Of a stretch of DNA of 28,297 bases, positions 8,130-17,433 are shown piece by piece. The DNA lies in the NCBI GenBank assembly GCA_041299865.1, contig JBFYUV010000154.1, positions 1-28,297 on the forward strand, written 5' to 3'. This DNA is from Chloroflexota bacterium (lineage in GTDB: Bacteria; Chloroflexota; Limnocylindria; Limnocylindrales; CSP1-4). Made by a program: the position numbers and the translations under genes. How positions within the stretch are numbered: the first letter of the stretch is position 1; each line of letters begins with the position of its first letter. The notes beneath the pieces were generated by a model. It was not told the DNA's origin. It was given only the letters and a program-made list of their open reading frames with translations, and did no database searches.

Positions 8130-9071
8130 TCAGAAGCCTCGCTCGGCGAGCCACTCGCGATTGGCCGTGTGCAGGGCCAGCAGCGCCTCCGGCGTGTCCG
8201 CCGGTTTCAGGAAGCGATCCTGCTCGATGACGACCCAGCCTTCCCAGGCGCGGGCCTTGAGACCCTCGAGGAAGCCATCCAGACCGGTCGTGCCGAGACC
8301 CAGCTGGCAGAAGACGCCCCGGTCCCAGGCCTCCATGAGCCCGCCGCCGGAGCTGGCGACCTGCCGCAGGACGGCGAGGTCACAGTCCTTGACGTGGACG
8401 TGTCGCACACATCCGGCATAGCTGTCCAGTAGCTCCAGCGGATCCGCGCCACCGAAGAGTGCGTGACCGGTGTCCAGGCACATGCCCACGAGCGACGTGT
8501 CGAGGGCATCGAAGACGGCGTGGATCTCAGCCGCCGATTCCACGTAGCTTCCGGCGTGGAAGTGCAGCACGGGATCGAAGCCGCGCTCGCGGGCCGCCTC
8601 GCCGGCTCGATGCAGGTTGTCGATGAGGACCCCGAAGCGCTCCTTGGGCAGGGCGGCCTCGGGGTGTTCCGGGATCTGGCCCGCCCAGCGCATGCGCTCG
8701 GGCTCGACGGAGGCATCGGCCAGCACGGCCTTGGGCATGACGTCGTCCGGCCGGCCGGCGGCCAGCAGGTCGAGCACGCCGATCATCCACTCGCGATCCT
8801 CGGCCGCGTGCTCAGCCCGGCTGAAGCGCTGCGGCAGGAAGGCCCCCACCAGCGAGAGGCCACGAGCGGCCAGCCGCGACCTCAGCTGCCCCGCGTCGCC
8901 GAAGTAGCCTGGCGGTCCGAGCTCCGTGCCGGCATAGCCGGCCGTCGCCATTTGGTCCAGCATGTGCTCCGGCTGGAGCTGCAGGGGGTCATCCTCGGTC
9001 TTCTCGAAGACCCCCCACGAGCATGGGGCTGCCGCGACCCTGACGCCGCCCGAACCGTTCGAGCCGCTCAT
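8130..9071 (-). CDS. iolE: myo-inosose-2 dehydratase (xylose-isomerase-like TIM barrel; about 313 aa)
   Basis: AAAPCSWGV, GYAGTELGPPGY, LHFHAGSYVE, MCLDTGH, HVHVKD, VVIEQD metal ligands. Last gene of the iolB-iolD operon. Start moved to ATG 9071 behind GGGAAGGGG. Confidence 0.8.
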   Translation of the reverse strand: MSGSNGSGGVRVAAAPCSWGVFEKTEDDPLQLQPEHMLDQMATAGYAGTELGPPGYFGDAGQLRSRLAARGLSLVGAFLPQRFSRAEHAAEDREWMIGVLDLLAAGRPDDVMPKAVLADASVEPERMRWAGQIPEHPEAALPKERFGVLIDNLHRAGEAARERGFDPVLHFHAGSYVESAAEIHAVFDALDTSLVGMCLDTGHALFGGADPLELLDSYAGCVRHVHVKDCDLAVLRQVASSGGGLMEAWDRGVFCQLGLGTTGLDGFLEGLKARAWEGWVVIEQDRFLKPADTPEALLALHTANREWLAERGF

Positions 9072-9121
9072 GAAAGACCCCCTTCCCTGACTATGAAGAG
9101 ACGCGACGCCACCCTGGACGC

Positions 9122-10993
9122 CTAGACGAAGGAGCGCTCGCGGGCCAGGTTGCCCTCGTACGCGAGGCGTGCCGCGCGGACACGCTCGGACGTCGAGACC
9201 TCGGCCACGGGCACGTCCCACCAGGACTCGTAGTCCGGTACCGGCGGCTCGGGGTTGACCTCGACGACGATGACCACCGGTCCACCCTGCATGCCTTCCG
9301 CGGTGGCCAGGGCACCCTCCAGCTCGGCAGGCGTGCTGGCCATCAGCACGCGTGCGCCCAGGCTGGCAGCGTTGGCGGCGAAGTCGATGGGCAGGACCTC
9401 GCCGGTGAAGGTGCCGCTGGACGGGTCACGGAAGCGGAAGTCGTTGAAGGGATTGTCCCCGCCGCAGGCGGCCGAGAGGTTGCGGATGCAGCGGTAGCCG
9501 TGGTTGTCCAGGAGCACGATCGTCATCGAGACGCGCTCCTGGCAGGCCGTCAGGATCTCATTAGCGAGCATCAGGTAGGACCCATCGCCGACCATGACGT
9601 AGACGCGGCGGCCTGGCTCGGCCATGGCCACGCCCAGGCCTCCGGCGATCTCGTAGCCCATCGTCGAGAAGCCGTACTCCATGTGATAGGTGTCCGGACC
9701 GCTGGCACGCCAGATCTTGTGCATGTCGCCGGGCAGCCCGCCGGCCGCGCAGACGACCACGCCGTCGGCGCCGGCCGCCTCGTTGACGAGCCGGATGACC
9801 TCCGGCTGGGAGACATGCTCGCTGGCTGCCAAGTGGCGAACACGATCGACCTCGGTGTTCCACTCGCCGCGCAGCCGTTCGACGAGCGCCAGACGCTCAG
9901 CCGAGGCGCCGCGCCAGGCGCGTGCCTCCAGGGCCGCCTGCAGCTCCTCCAGGGTGACGCGGGCATCACCGTGAAGCGGCAGCGAGGCTGCCTTGGCGGC
10001 GTCCAGCTCAGCCACGTTGATGGAGACGAAGGCGACCTCGGGATCCTGCCACGAGGACCAGCTCATGGTCGGGAAGTCGGAGAGCCGCGTGCCGACGGCG
10101 ATGACGAGGTCGGCGTCGCGAGCGATGCTGTTGGCGGCCGTGCCACCGGCCGATCCCAGCGCCCCCACCTGGAAGGGATGGTCCCAGGGCAAGGCGCCCT
10201 TGCCGGACTGTGTCTCCGAGACCGGGATGCCGAAGCGACGGGCGAAGGCATCCAGTGCCGCGCTGGCGTCGCTGTAGATGACGCCGCCACCGGCCACGAT
10301 CATGGGGCGTTGCGCGGCAGCGATGCGCTCTGCGGCCCGCGCCAGCAGGGAGGCGTCCGGCCGTGGTCGAGCGATGACCCAGGTGCGCGGCGCCAGGAGC
10401 TCCTCCGGCCAATCCCAGGCCTCGGCCTGCACGTCCTGGGGCAAGGCCAGCGTCACGGCACCGGTCTCGGCCGGCGAGGTCAGCACGCGCATGGCCGCCG
10501 GCAGGGCGTCGATGAGCATCTCCGGCCGCTCGATGCGGTCGAAGTAGCGCGACACCGGGCGCAGGGCGTCGTTGACCGAGAGGTCGCCTGCCTCCGGCCG
10601 CTCGAGCTGCTGGAGGACGGGCTTCACGCGCCGCGTGGCGAAGCGATCGCCCGGCAGCAGCAGGACGGGCAGCCGGTTGACCGTGGCATTGGCGGCTCCG
10701 GTCACGAGGTTGGTGGCGCCGGGGCCGATGGACGTCGTGCAGGCGAAGGTGCGCAGGCGGCGGCTCTGCTTGGCGAAGGCCGCGGCCGTATGGACCATGG
10801 CTTGCTCGTTGCGCGTCTGGTAGAAGCGCACGCTGTCCTGGGCAGCTTCCAGCGCCTCACCCATGCCGGCCACGATGCCGTGGCCGAAGATGCCGAAGAC
10901 GCCCTCGAAGAAGCGCTGGCGATGGCCGTCGCGTTCCACGTGCTGGTTGGCCAGCCAGGTCACGACGGCCTGGGCGACGGTGGTGCGTGGCAT
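9122..10993 (-). CDS. iolD: 3D-(3,5/4)-trihydroxycyclohexane-1,2-dione acylhydrolase (ThDP-dependent; 623 aa)
   Basis: TVAQAVVTWLANQ, GIFGHG, RNEQAMVH, TTSIGPGATN, PVLQQLE, NDALRPVSRYFDRIERPE, HMEYGFSTMGYEIAG, GDGSYLM...DNHGY, WWDVPVAEVS. Confidence 0.95.
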   Translation of the reverse strand: MPRTTVAQAVVTWLANQHVERDGHRQRFFEGVFGIFGHGIVAGMGEALEAAQDSVRFYQTRNEQAMVHTAAAFAKQSRRLRTFACTTSIGPGATNLVTGAANATVNRLPVLLLPGDRFATRRVKPVLQQLERPEAGDLSVNDALRPVSRYFDRIERPEMLIDALPAAMRVLTSPAETGAVTLALPQDVQAEAWDWPEELLAPRTWVIARPRPDASLLARAAERIAAAQRPMIVAGGGVIYSDASAALDAFARRFGIPVSETQSGKGALPWDHPFQVGALGSAGGTAANSIARDADLVIAVGTRLSDFPTMSWSSWQDPEVAFVSINVAELDAAKAASLPLHGDARVTLEELQAALEARAWRGASAERLALVERLRGEWNTEVDRVRHLAASEHVSQPEVIRLVNEAAGADGVVVCAAGGLPGDMHKIWRASGPDTYHMEYGFSTMGYEIAGGLGVAMAEPGRRVYVMVGDGSYLMLANEILTACQERVSMTIVLLDNHGYRCIRNLSAACGGDNPFNDFRFRDPSSGTFTGEVLPIDFAANAASLGARVLMASTPAELEGALATAEGMQGGPVVIVVEVNPEPPVPDYESWWDVPVAEVSTSERVRAARLAYEGNLARERSFV

Positions 10994-11023
10994 CCGGACC
11001 CCCTCTCTCGACTCAGCGTCCGC

Positions 11024-12112
11024 TCAGGCCCTGACATCCGGGTTGGGGATGAGCAGGTCGTCGATGATGGCCACCAGCTCCCAGTACGACGAGACGAAGG
11101 CTCGCAGCGTGCGCATGGTGGCGCCGTAGGTGTCGAACTGGGCTGGCGTCAGGGCCTCGGGCTCGTAGGCCTTGACGAACTCCGGGACGCGCGCCATGAG
11201 CTCGTCGACGTAGACCGACGGGACCGGATCGTGCCAGCGATCCCTGACCTCGACGTCCGAGGCGTTGAAGAGCCGCTGCCAGTTGGCCGGGATCGTCATG
11301 GAGACATCACCGCCGATGAGCTCCGACCAGTGGAGGTGGTGGCGATAGGCGGCCGCCAGCAGGCGCGCCCGGTAGCCGCGCTCCTCGAAGATGGCGGCGG
11401 CGCGCTTGAAGACGGCGATGCCGGCCCAATCCCCGGCCGCTGGGTGGATGGTGATGCCGTCGCGATCACAGGACTTCTTCACCCAGTCGTCCGTGCGGCC
11501 GATCATGATCGTGCAGATGGGTGACATCCAGGAGGTGTCATGGCCTTCGGCCTCGCGCCGGGCCAGGGCGCGCTCCACGGCCGCCCCCACGGCCACCGCC
11601 TGCGACACCGTGAAGGAGACGGTGGCGTTGATGTTCATGCCCTCGTACGTGGCCTGCTCGATGGCCTCCAGGCCGGCCGCCGTGGCCGGGAACTTGATCT
11701 GCACGTTGGGCGCCAGGGTGTCGAAATGGCGCGCCTGTTCGAGCATCTTCTGCGGGGAGCGATTGAGCGTCGGGTCGATCTGGATGGAGAGGCGGCCCTT
11801 CTGTCCGTGGTGCTGCTGGTAGATGGGCTCCAGCATCTTCCAGCCCCGGATGGCCATCTCCTCGATGACCTGCCAGGCGATCTGCTGGTCGGTCCAATCG
11901 AGATGCTCGGCGGCGATCTCGCGCACGCGCGGCGCCCAGGTGTCGTACTCCTGCTTCATCACCGAGCCCACGATGGTGGGGTTGGTGGTGGCCCCCACGG
12001 CCCCGTTCTCGATGGCGTAGGTAAGCTCAGCGGCGTTGCAGGAGTCGTTCCAGTAGTCGGTGGGGAAATCCGTCGCCGTGCGCAGCAGCGGGCTCGCCAT
12101 GGTCGTGGCCAT
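11024..12112 (-). CDS. Transaldolase/fructose-6-phosphate-aldolase fold enzyme with an atypical active site (362 aa), embedded in the iol operon
   Basis: WNDS, GATTNPT, RLSIQIDP, Schiff-base VQIKFPAT (K140), INATVSFTVSQA, TIMIGRTDDW, AAAYR. SD AAGGAG upstream. Confidence 0.85.
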   Translation of the reverse strand: MATTMASPLLRTATDFPTDYWNDSCNAAELTYAIENGAVGATTNPTIVGSVMKQEYDTWAPRVREIAAEHLDWTDQQIAWQVIEEMAIRGWKMLEPIYQQHHGQKGRLSIQIDPTLNRSPQKMLEQARHFDTLAPNVQIKFPATAAGLEAIEQATYEGMNINATVSFTVSQAVAVGAAVERALARREAEGHDTSWMSPICTIMIGRTDDWVKKSCDRDGITIHPAAGDWAGIAVFKRAAAIFEERGYRARLLAAAYRHHLHWSELIGGDVSMTIPANWQRLFNASDVEVRDRWHDPVPSVYVDELMARVPEFVKAYEPEALTPAQFDTYGATMRTLRAFVSSYWELVAIIDDLLIPNPDVRA

Positions 12113-12134
12113 CGATCGCTCCTTGTCCGTGGTC

Positions 12135-12974
12135 CTAGCGTGGGCTCGTGGGATCCCAGTCCATCAGCCAGGCATGATCCCTGTCGAGGGTGAAATGCCA
12201 TGCCCGGTGGGGGCCGGCCATCACGTTGAGGTAGTAGGCATCGTACCCGGCGGGGGCGCCCACGGGATGGTAGCCGCGGGGCACGAGGATGACGTCGCCG
12301 TCACCCGGGGCGAAGGACTCGTCGAGTGTCCGGTCCGCCGTGTAGACGCGCGCGAAGGCCCAGCCCTCCGGTCGCGCGAACCGGTAGTAGTAGAGCTCCT
12401 CGAGATAAGCCTCCCGGGGTGGATCCTCCGTGTCGTGCTTGTGAGGGGGGTAGCTCGACCAGTTGCCACCGGGCGTGAAGACCTCGAAGAGGATGAGCCG
12501 GCCGGCCGGCGCCGTGGGCGGCAGCAGGTGATGGATGCGACGCTCGGTGACACCGTGCCCACGCGTCTCGACGTGGATATCACCGGCCTCGATGAGGCGC
12601 TCGTGATACTCGTCCGCGCCTGGCGCGTCGGCGATCACGACCGTGGCCTGTGTCTCGGCCACGATCTCCACGTCCGTGCCGGGTGCCAGCAGGAGCACGG
12701 GAGGTGGCGGCCCGGCGAAGACGCTGGCGCGGCTGCCCAGCGAGGCATAGCGCTGGCGGCCGGCGCGCGCGCTGACCGTGCCCTCAACCACGATGACGGC
12801 GACCTCGTGGTCGTCAGCCGGACGGGCGAGCCCGGCACCGGCAGCCAGCCGATGCTCGGCGAAGCCCACATAGCGCCAGCCGGCATCCTCGGGCCGGATG
12901 TCATGGACACGTCCGTTGTCCGGGTCCGGGTTCCCGGCTCGGCGATGGAGGGCGGTGCCCGGGCTGGTCGTCAT
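12135..12974 (-). CDS. iolB: 5-deoxy-glucuronate isomerase (KduI/IolB cupin; 279 aa)
   Basis: AGWRYVGF, EVFTPGGNWSSYPPHKHD, LEELYYYRF, LVPRGYHPVGAPAGYDAYYLNVMAGP. SD AGGAG. Confidence 0.95.
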   Translation of the reverse strand: MTTSPGTALHRRAGNPDPDNGRVHDIRPEDAGWRYVGFAEHRLAAGAGLARPADDHEVAVIVVEGTVSARAGRQRYASLGSRASVFAGPPPPVLLLAPGTDVEIVAETQATVVIADAPGADEYHERLIEAGDIHVETRGHGVTERRIHHLLPPTAPAGRLILFEVFTPGGNWSSYPPHKHDTEDPPREAYLEELYYYRFARPEGWAFARVYTADRTLDESFAPGDGDVILVPRGYHPVGAPAGYDAYYLNVMAGPHRAWHFTLDRDHAWLMDWDPTSPR

Positions 12975-13037
12975 GGTGGAGCGCTCCTGTCGTCAGGCCA
13001 CGTGACGGCGCCCAGGGGGCGAGCAGGTGCTGGCGAC

Positions 13038-13068
13038 TTGACGCGACCCGGTGGGCGTCACCATGATA
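13038..13068. promoter_or_regulatory. Overlapping divergent promoter elements between iolB and the LacI gene
   Basis: Plus strand TTGACG (13038-13043)-N18-CATGAT (13062-13067). Minus strand TATCAT (13068-13063) points toward iolB. Confidence 0.45.
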
Positions 13069-13135
13069 CGGCGTCACGATATCGAGAGCGGCCGCCCGTC
13101 CAGCCGGAGCGGCCCCGCGCTGACGAGCGACGAGG

Positions 13136-14194
13136 ATGAGCGCAGGCAGACCAGCCACCGTTCGGGATGTCGCCGCTCGTGCGGGTGTCTCGATCGCCAC
13201 GGTGAGCCGCGCCCTGCGGGGGCACGCCAACGTGGAGCCGGCCACGCGCCAGCGGGTCGAGGAGGCCGCCCGCGCCCTCAGCTACCGACCCTCGGGCGTG
13301 GCCCGCTCGCTGCGGCTGCGCGCCACCCGCACCATCGGCCTCATCGTCACGGACATCGAGAACCCCTACTTCCCGCAGGTCGTGAGCGCTGTCGAGGATG
13401 CCGCCCGCGAGCGCGGCTACTCCGTCCTGCTCGCTGACGGCCGCCGCGATCCGGAGCGCGAGATCGAGTCGCTCGAGGTGCTCGCCGAGCGTGAGGTGGA
13501 TGGCCTCATCATCGCCAGCACGACCCTCACCCTGCGGCACCAGGTGCGCATCCGCGAGGTGCCCTGCCCGGTCGTCATCGTCAACAGCGAGTCGACGGTC
13601 TCGGCTGTGCCGGCCGTGCTCTCCGACAATGCCGGCGGCGGTCGGGTGGCTGCCGAGCACCTGCTGGGCCTGGGGCACCGGCGGCTGGCGTACCTGGCGG
13701 CGCCGTCCGCGGATGACCGGGCCGTCCACGAGCGCATCGAGGGTGTCCGCGCCGCCCTCTGGGCTGAGGGCCTGGCACGCGGCGCCCTCATCATCGTCCC
13801 GGCGGCCCCGGGCGTGGACGGTGGTGCCCTCGCGGCGGTCATGGCCATGGGCGCGGACAGCGCCATCAGTGCCCTCATCTGTTCCAACGACCTGACCGCC
13901 ATCGGTGTCATCCGCGGCCTCCGCAGCCTCGGCCTGCGAGTGCCCGCGGACGTCAGCGTGGTGGGCTTCGACGACATCGAGATGGCCGCCTACGTGGACC
14001 CACCGCTCACGACCGTCCGCCAGGCGACCGATGAGATGGGCCACTGGGCGGTGGCCAGTCTCCTGCAGCGCATCGACCGGGGACGTGAAGCCACGGCCGG
14101 CCAGGTCGGCGGCACGCCCGGCCGCACCGTGCGCCTGCCGGTCACGCTCGTGACACGGGGCTCCACGGCGCCGGCCGGCCGCACCCCGGCCTGA
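13136..14194 (+). CDS. LacI-family transcriptional regulator, probable local inositol regulator (352 aa)
   Basis: ATVRDVAARAGVSIATVSRAL HTH, YRPSGVARSL hinge, TIGLIVTDIENPYF, NDLTAIG, VSVVGFDDI, PPLTTVRQ. Confidence 0.92.
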   Translation: MSAGRPATVRDVAARAGVSIATVSRALRGHANVEPATRQRVEEAARALSYRPSGVARSLRLRATRTIGLIVTDIENPYFPQVVSAVEDAARERGYSVLLADGRRDPEREIESLEVLAEREVDGLIIASTTLTLRHQVRIREVPCPVVIVNSESTVSAVPAVLSDNAGGGRVAAEHLLGLGHRRLAYLAAPSADDRAVHERIEGVRAALWAEGLARGALIIVPAAPGVDGGALAAVMAMGADSAISALICSNDLTAIGVIRGLRSLGLRVPADVSVVGFDDIEMAAYVDPPLTTVRQATDEMGHWAVASLLQRIDRGREATAGQVGGTPGRTVRLPVTLVTRGSTAPAGRTPA

Positions 14195-14291
14195 GTCGGC
14201 AGCATCGGTCGCACCGCATCGAACCCCTGCCCGCGGAGCCGTCTGTCGACTGGAGGGGTCTCGGCACACGGGTGTCGGTGCCGGATGGGCG

Positions 14292-14335
14292 ATGCACCAC
14301 GGATAGCCCGGCCGTATGCTGTGGTTCCAGAACCA
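14292..14335 (+). promoter_or_regulatory. Putative iolG operon promoter (ATGCAC-N17-TATGCT) followed by the inverted repeat TGGTTC-CA-GAACCA
   Basis: TATGCT at 14315-14320, ATGCAC at 14292-14297, and a perfect 6-bp inverted repeat at 14322-14335. Confidence 0.5.
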
Positions 14336-14407
14336 ACGACTCGTGTCCGGCCGATCGAGCGGGTCGCACGCCCGCCACGCGGCCGGCGATAGAAGGAGGT
14401 GGATCGG

Positions 14408-15402
14408 GTGAGGGTCACCCTCTTCGGCGCCGGTCGCATCGGGCCCCTGCATGCACGGACGTTGCTGACGACGGGCGCGGTCGATCACTTGGTGATCGTG
14501 GACGTCGTCCCTGAGCGTGCCGCGGCCGCTGCGGAGGCGCTTGGTGGCAGCGTCGCTCCGTCCGTCGACGAGGCGCTCGCCACAGCCGACGCGGCTGTCA
14601 TCTGCGCCTCCACGGACGACCATCCGGGCCTCATCAGGGCAGCCATCGGCCGCGGCATCCCGACCTTCTGCGAGAAGCCGCTGGCGGCCAGCCTTGCCGA
14701 GTCCATCGCCGTCCGCCGTGACATCGAGGCTGCCGGCGTACCCTTCCAGCTTGGCTTCCAGCGACGCTTCGACCCTGCCTACGTGGAGGCCAGGCGCCTC
14801 ATCGAGTCGGGGGCCATCGGCGATATCCACGCCCTCTCGCTGCGCAGCCATGACCCGGAGCCGGCCTCCGAGGAGTTCATCGCCTCCTCCGGCGGCATGT
14901 TCCGCGACCTCTCCATCCACGACCTGGACATCCTGCGGTTCCTCTCCGGTCGCGAGGTGGACGAGGTCTATGTCATCGGCTCGGCCAAGGGTTTCCCTGT
15001 CTACGAGAAGTACGACGATCTCGCCAACGCCGTGGCCGTCATGCGCCTCGATGACGGCACCCCGGTGGCGCTCACCTGGACACGGCATGACCCCCTGGGT
15101 CACGATGTGCGCACGGAGGTCTTCGGCTCGCGTGACAGCGTGAGCGTGGGTCTTGGCCCGCGCATGCCGCTGCGCTCGGTGGAGCCCGGCGTGCCGCCGC
15201 CGTCCGGCCCACCCTGGCACATCTTCCTTGACCGCTGGGACGACGCCTATCGCGACGAACTCATCGCCTTCGTGGATGTCGCCCGCGGTGCCCGCCCGAG
15301 CCCTTGCACGGCCAAGGACGGCGTGGAGGCACTGCGTATCGCCGAAGCCCTCACGGTCTCGGCAGCGGAGCACCGTCCCGTGAGGCTCGCGGAGATCACG
15401 GC

Positions 15403-15406
<4 letters not shown>
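14408..15406 (+). CDS. iolG: Inositol 2-dehydrogenase (Gfo/Idh/MocA family; about 332 aa)
   Basis: MRVTLFGAGRIG Rossmann fold, FCEKPLA, GFQRRFDPAY, SGGMFRDLSIHDLD. Start moved to GTG 14408, 7 nt after AAGGAGGT. Stereoisomer specificity cannot be read from the sequence. Confidence 0.8.
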
Positions 15407-16227
<821 letters not shown>

Positions 16228-16238
16228 GGGATGAGGGC

Positions 16239-17267
16239 ATGACCGACGCGATGAGTGCAGGGGCTGGATCGGACCTCGGCGACACGGGCGCGCGATCGGC
16301 GGGGGTCATCCGTGTCATGGGCTGGTTCGACCGCTGGGGCGTGCTGTTGATGGTGGCCATCATGGCCCTGCTGTCCTGGCTGGCCCAGCCCGACGTCTTC
16401 CTGAGCGAGAGGAACATCTTCAACATCTTCCGCCAGACGGCGTTCTACCAGATGCTGGCGCTGGGCCAGTTCATCGTCATCGTCACGGCCGGCATCGACC
16501 TCTCCATCGGCTCTGTCCTGGCGCTCTCGATGATGTGCGCCGCCATCCTTGCCGACGGCGGGGCTGCCTGGCCGCTCGTCATGGTCGTCCCGCTGCTCGT
16601 CGGCTTCCTCGTCGGGAGCGTGAACGGGCTGGGCCTCACGAAGCTGCACATGCCCCACCCCTTCATCATGACGCTGGGCATGATGTTCGTGGCCCGGGGG
16701 GCCACGTACCTCATCTCCGGCGGGCGGCCCATCACCGGCATGCCGCCCGAGGTGACCTGGCTGGGCTCCGGCAACATCGAGATCCTGGGCCTCCACATCC
16801 CGGTCAGCCTCGTCATCGTCGTCATCATGTTCGTCATCGCCTGGTTCTTCCTGCAGCACCTGCGCACGGGACGGCACATCTTCGCCCTCGGAGGGAACCC
16901 GCAGGCAGCGCGCGTCTCGGGCATCAACGTGGACCGCACACTCGTCATCGCCTATGCCCTGTGTGGCTTCATGGCAGGCTTCGCCGGTTTGCTGCTGGCC
17001 GGGCGCACGAACTCGGGTTTCCCCAACGCCGGCGAGGGGGACGAGCTCGTGGCCATCTCCGCGGTCATCATCGGTGGCGCCAGTTTCTTCGGTGGCCGCG
17101 GCACCGTTCTGGGTGTCTTCGCGGGCGTCCTCGTCATCGGCATGCTGCGCAACCTGCTGAACCTCTCCAACGTGCAGGTCTTCTGGCAGCAGGTGCTCAT
17201 CGGCGTCGTCATCATCGCCGTGGTGGCCTTCGACGTGTTCCGCCGTCGATTGGCAGCCGCCTCGTAG
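16239..17267 (+). CDS. RbsC-type sugar ABC permease (342 aa)
   Basis: TAGIDLSIGS, HPFIMTLGMM, TGRHIFALGGNPQAARVSGIN, ELVAISAVIIGGASFFGGRG. Confidence 0.92.
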   Translation: MTDAMSAGAGSDLGDTGARSAGVIRVMGWFDRWGVLLMVAIMALLSWLAQPDVFLSERNIFNIFRQTAFYQMLALGQFIVIVTAGIDLSIGSVLALSMMCAAILADGGAAWPLVMVVPLLVGFLVGSVNGLGLTKLHMPHPFIMTLGMMFVARGATYLISGGRPITGMPPEVTWLGSGNIEILGLHIPVSLVIVVIMFVIAWFFLQHLRTGRHIFALGGNPQAARVSGINVDRTLVIAYALCGFMAGFAGLLLAGRTNSGFPNAGEGDELVAISAVIIGGASFFGGRGTVLGVFAGVLVIGMLRNLLNLSNVQVFWQQVLIGVVIIAVVAFDVFRRRLAAAS

Positions 17268-17282
17268 TCCACGGTCAGCCCG

Positions 17283-17299
17283 CGGGTCGGATCGACCCG
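17283..17299. other. Hairpin CGGGTCG-GAT-CGACCCG in the permease-SBP spacer
   Basis: Perfect 7-bp stem 15 nt after the permease stop. Function (attenuation or mRNA stabilisation) unknown. Confidence 0.35.
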
Positions 17300-17433
17300 G
17301 ATCCATCGCGGCCCCCGGCCGTGATGACGGAGGGCACGGAAGGGAGGTGACAGAGCAGGCTCTGAGGCGCCATCATGCAGGTAGCGGGCAGTCCGGGCTT
17401 CGGCGCTCGCTGAAGACCCAGGTAGGAGGAGAC

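Noticed and set aside
9500-11524. 674-aa plus-strand ORF
   Set aside because: Antisense shadow of iolD and the transaldolase-family gene.
11024-12112. Annotating the gene simply as housekeeping pentose-phosphate tal
   Set aside because: It sits inside the iol operon and lacks the catalytic Glu and Phe/Tyr signature. The fold call is kept, the function call is not.
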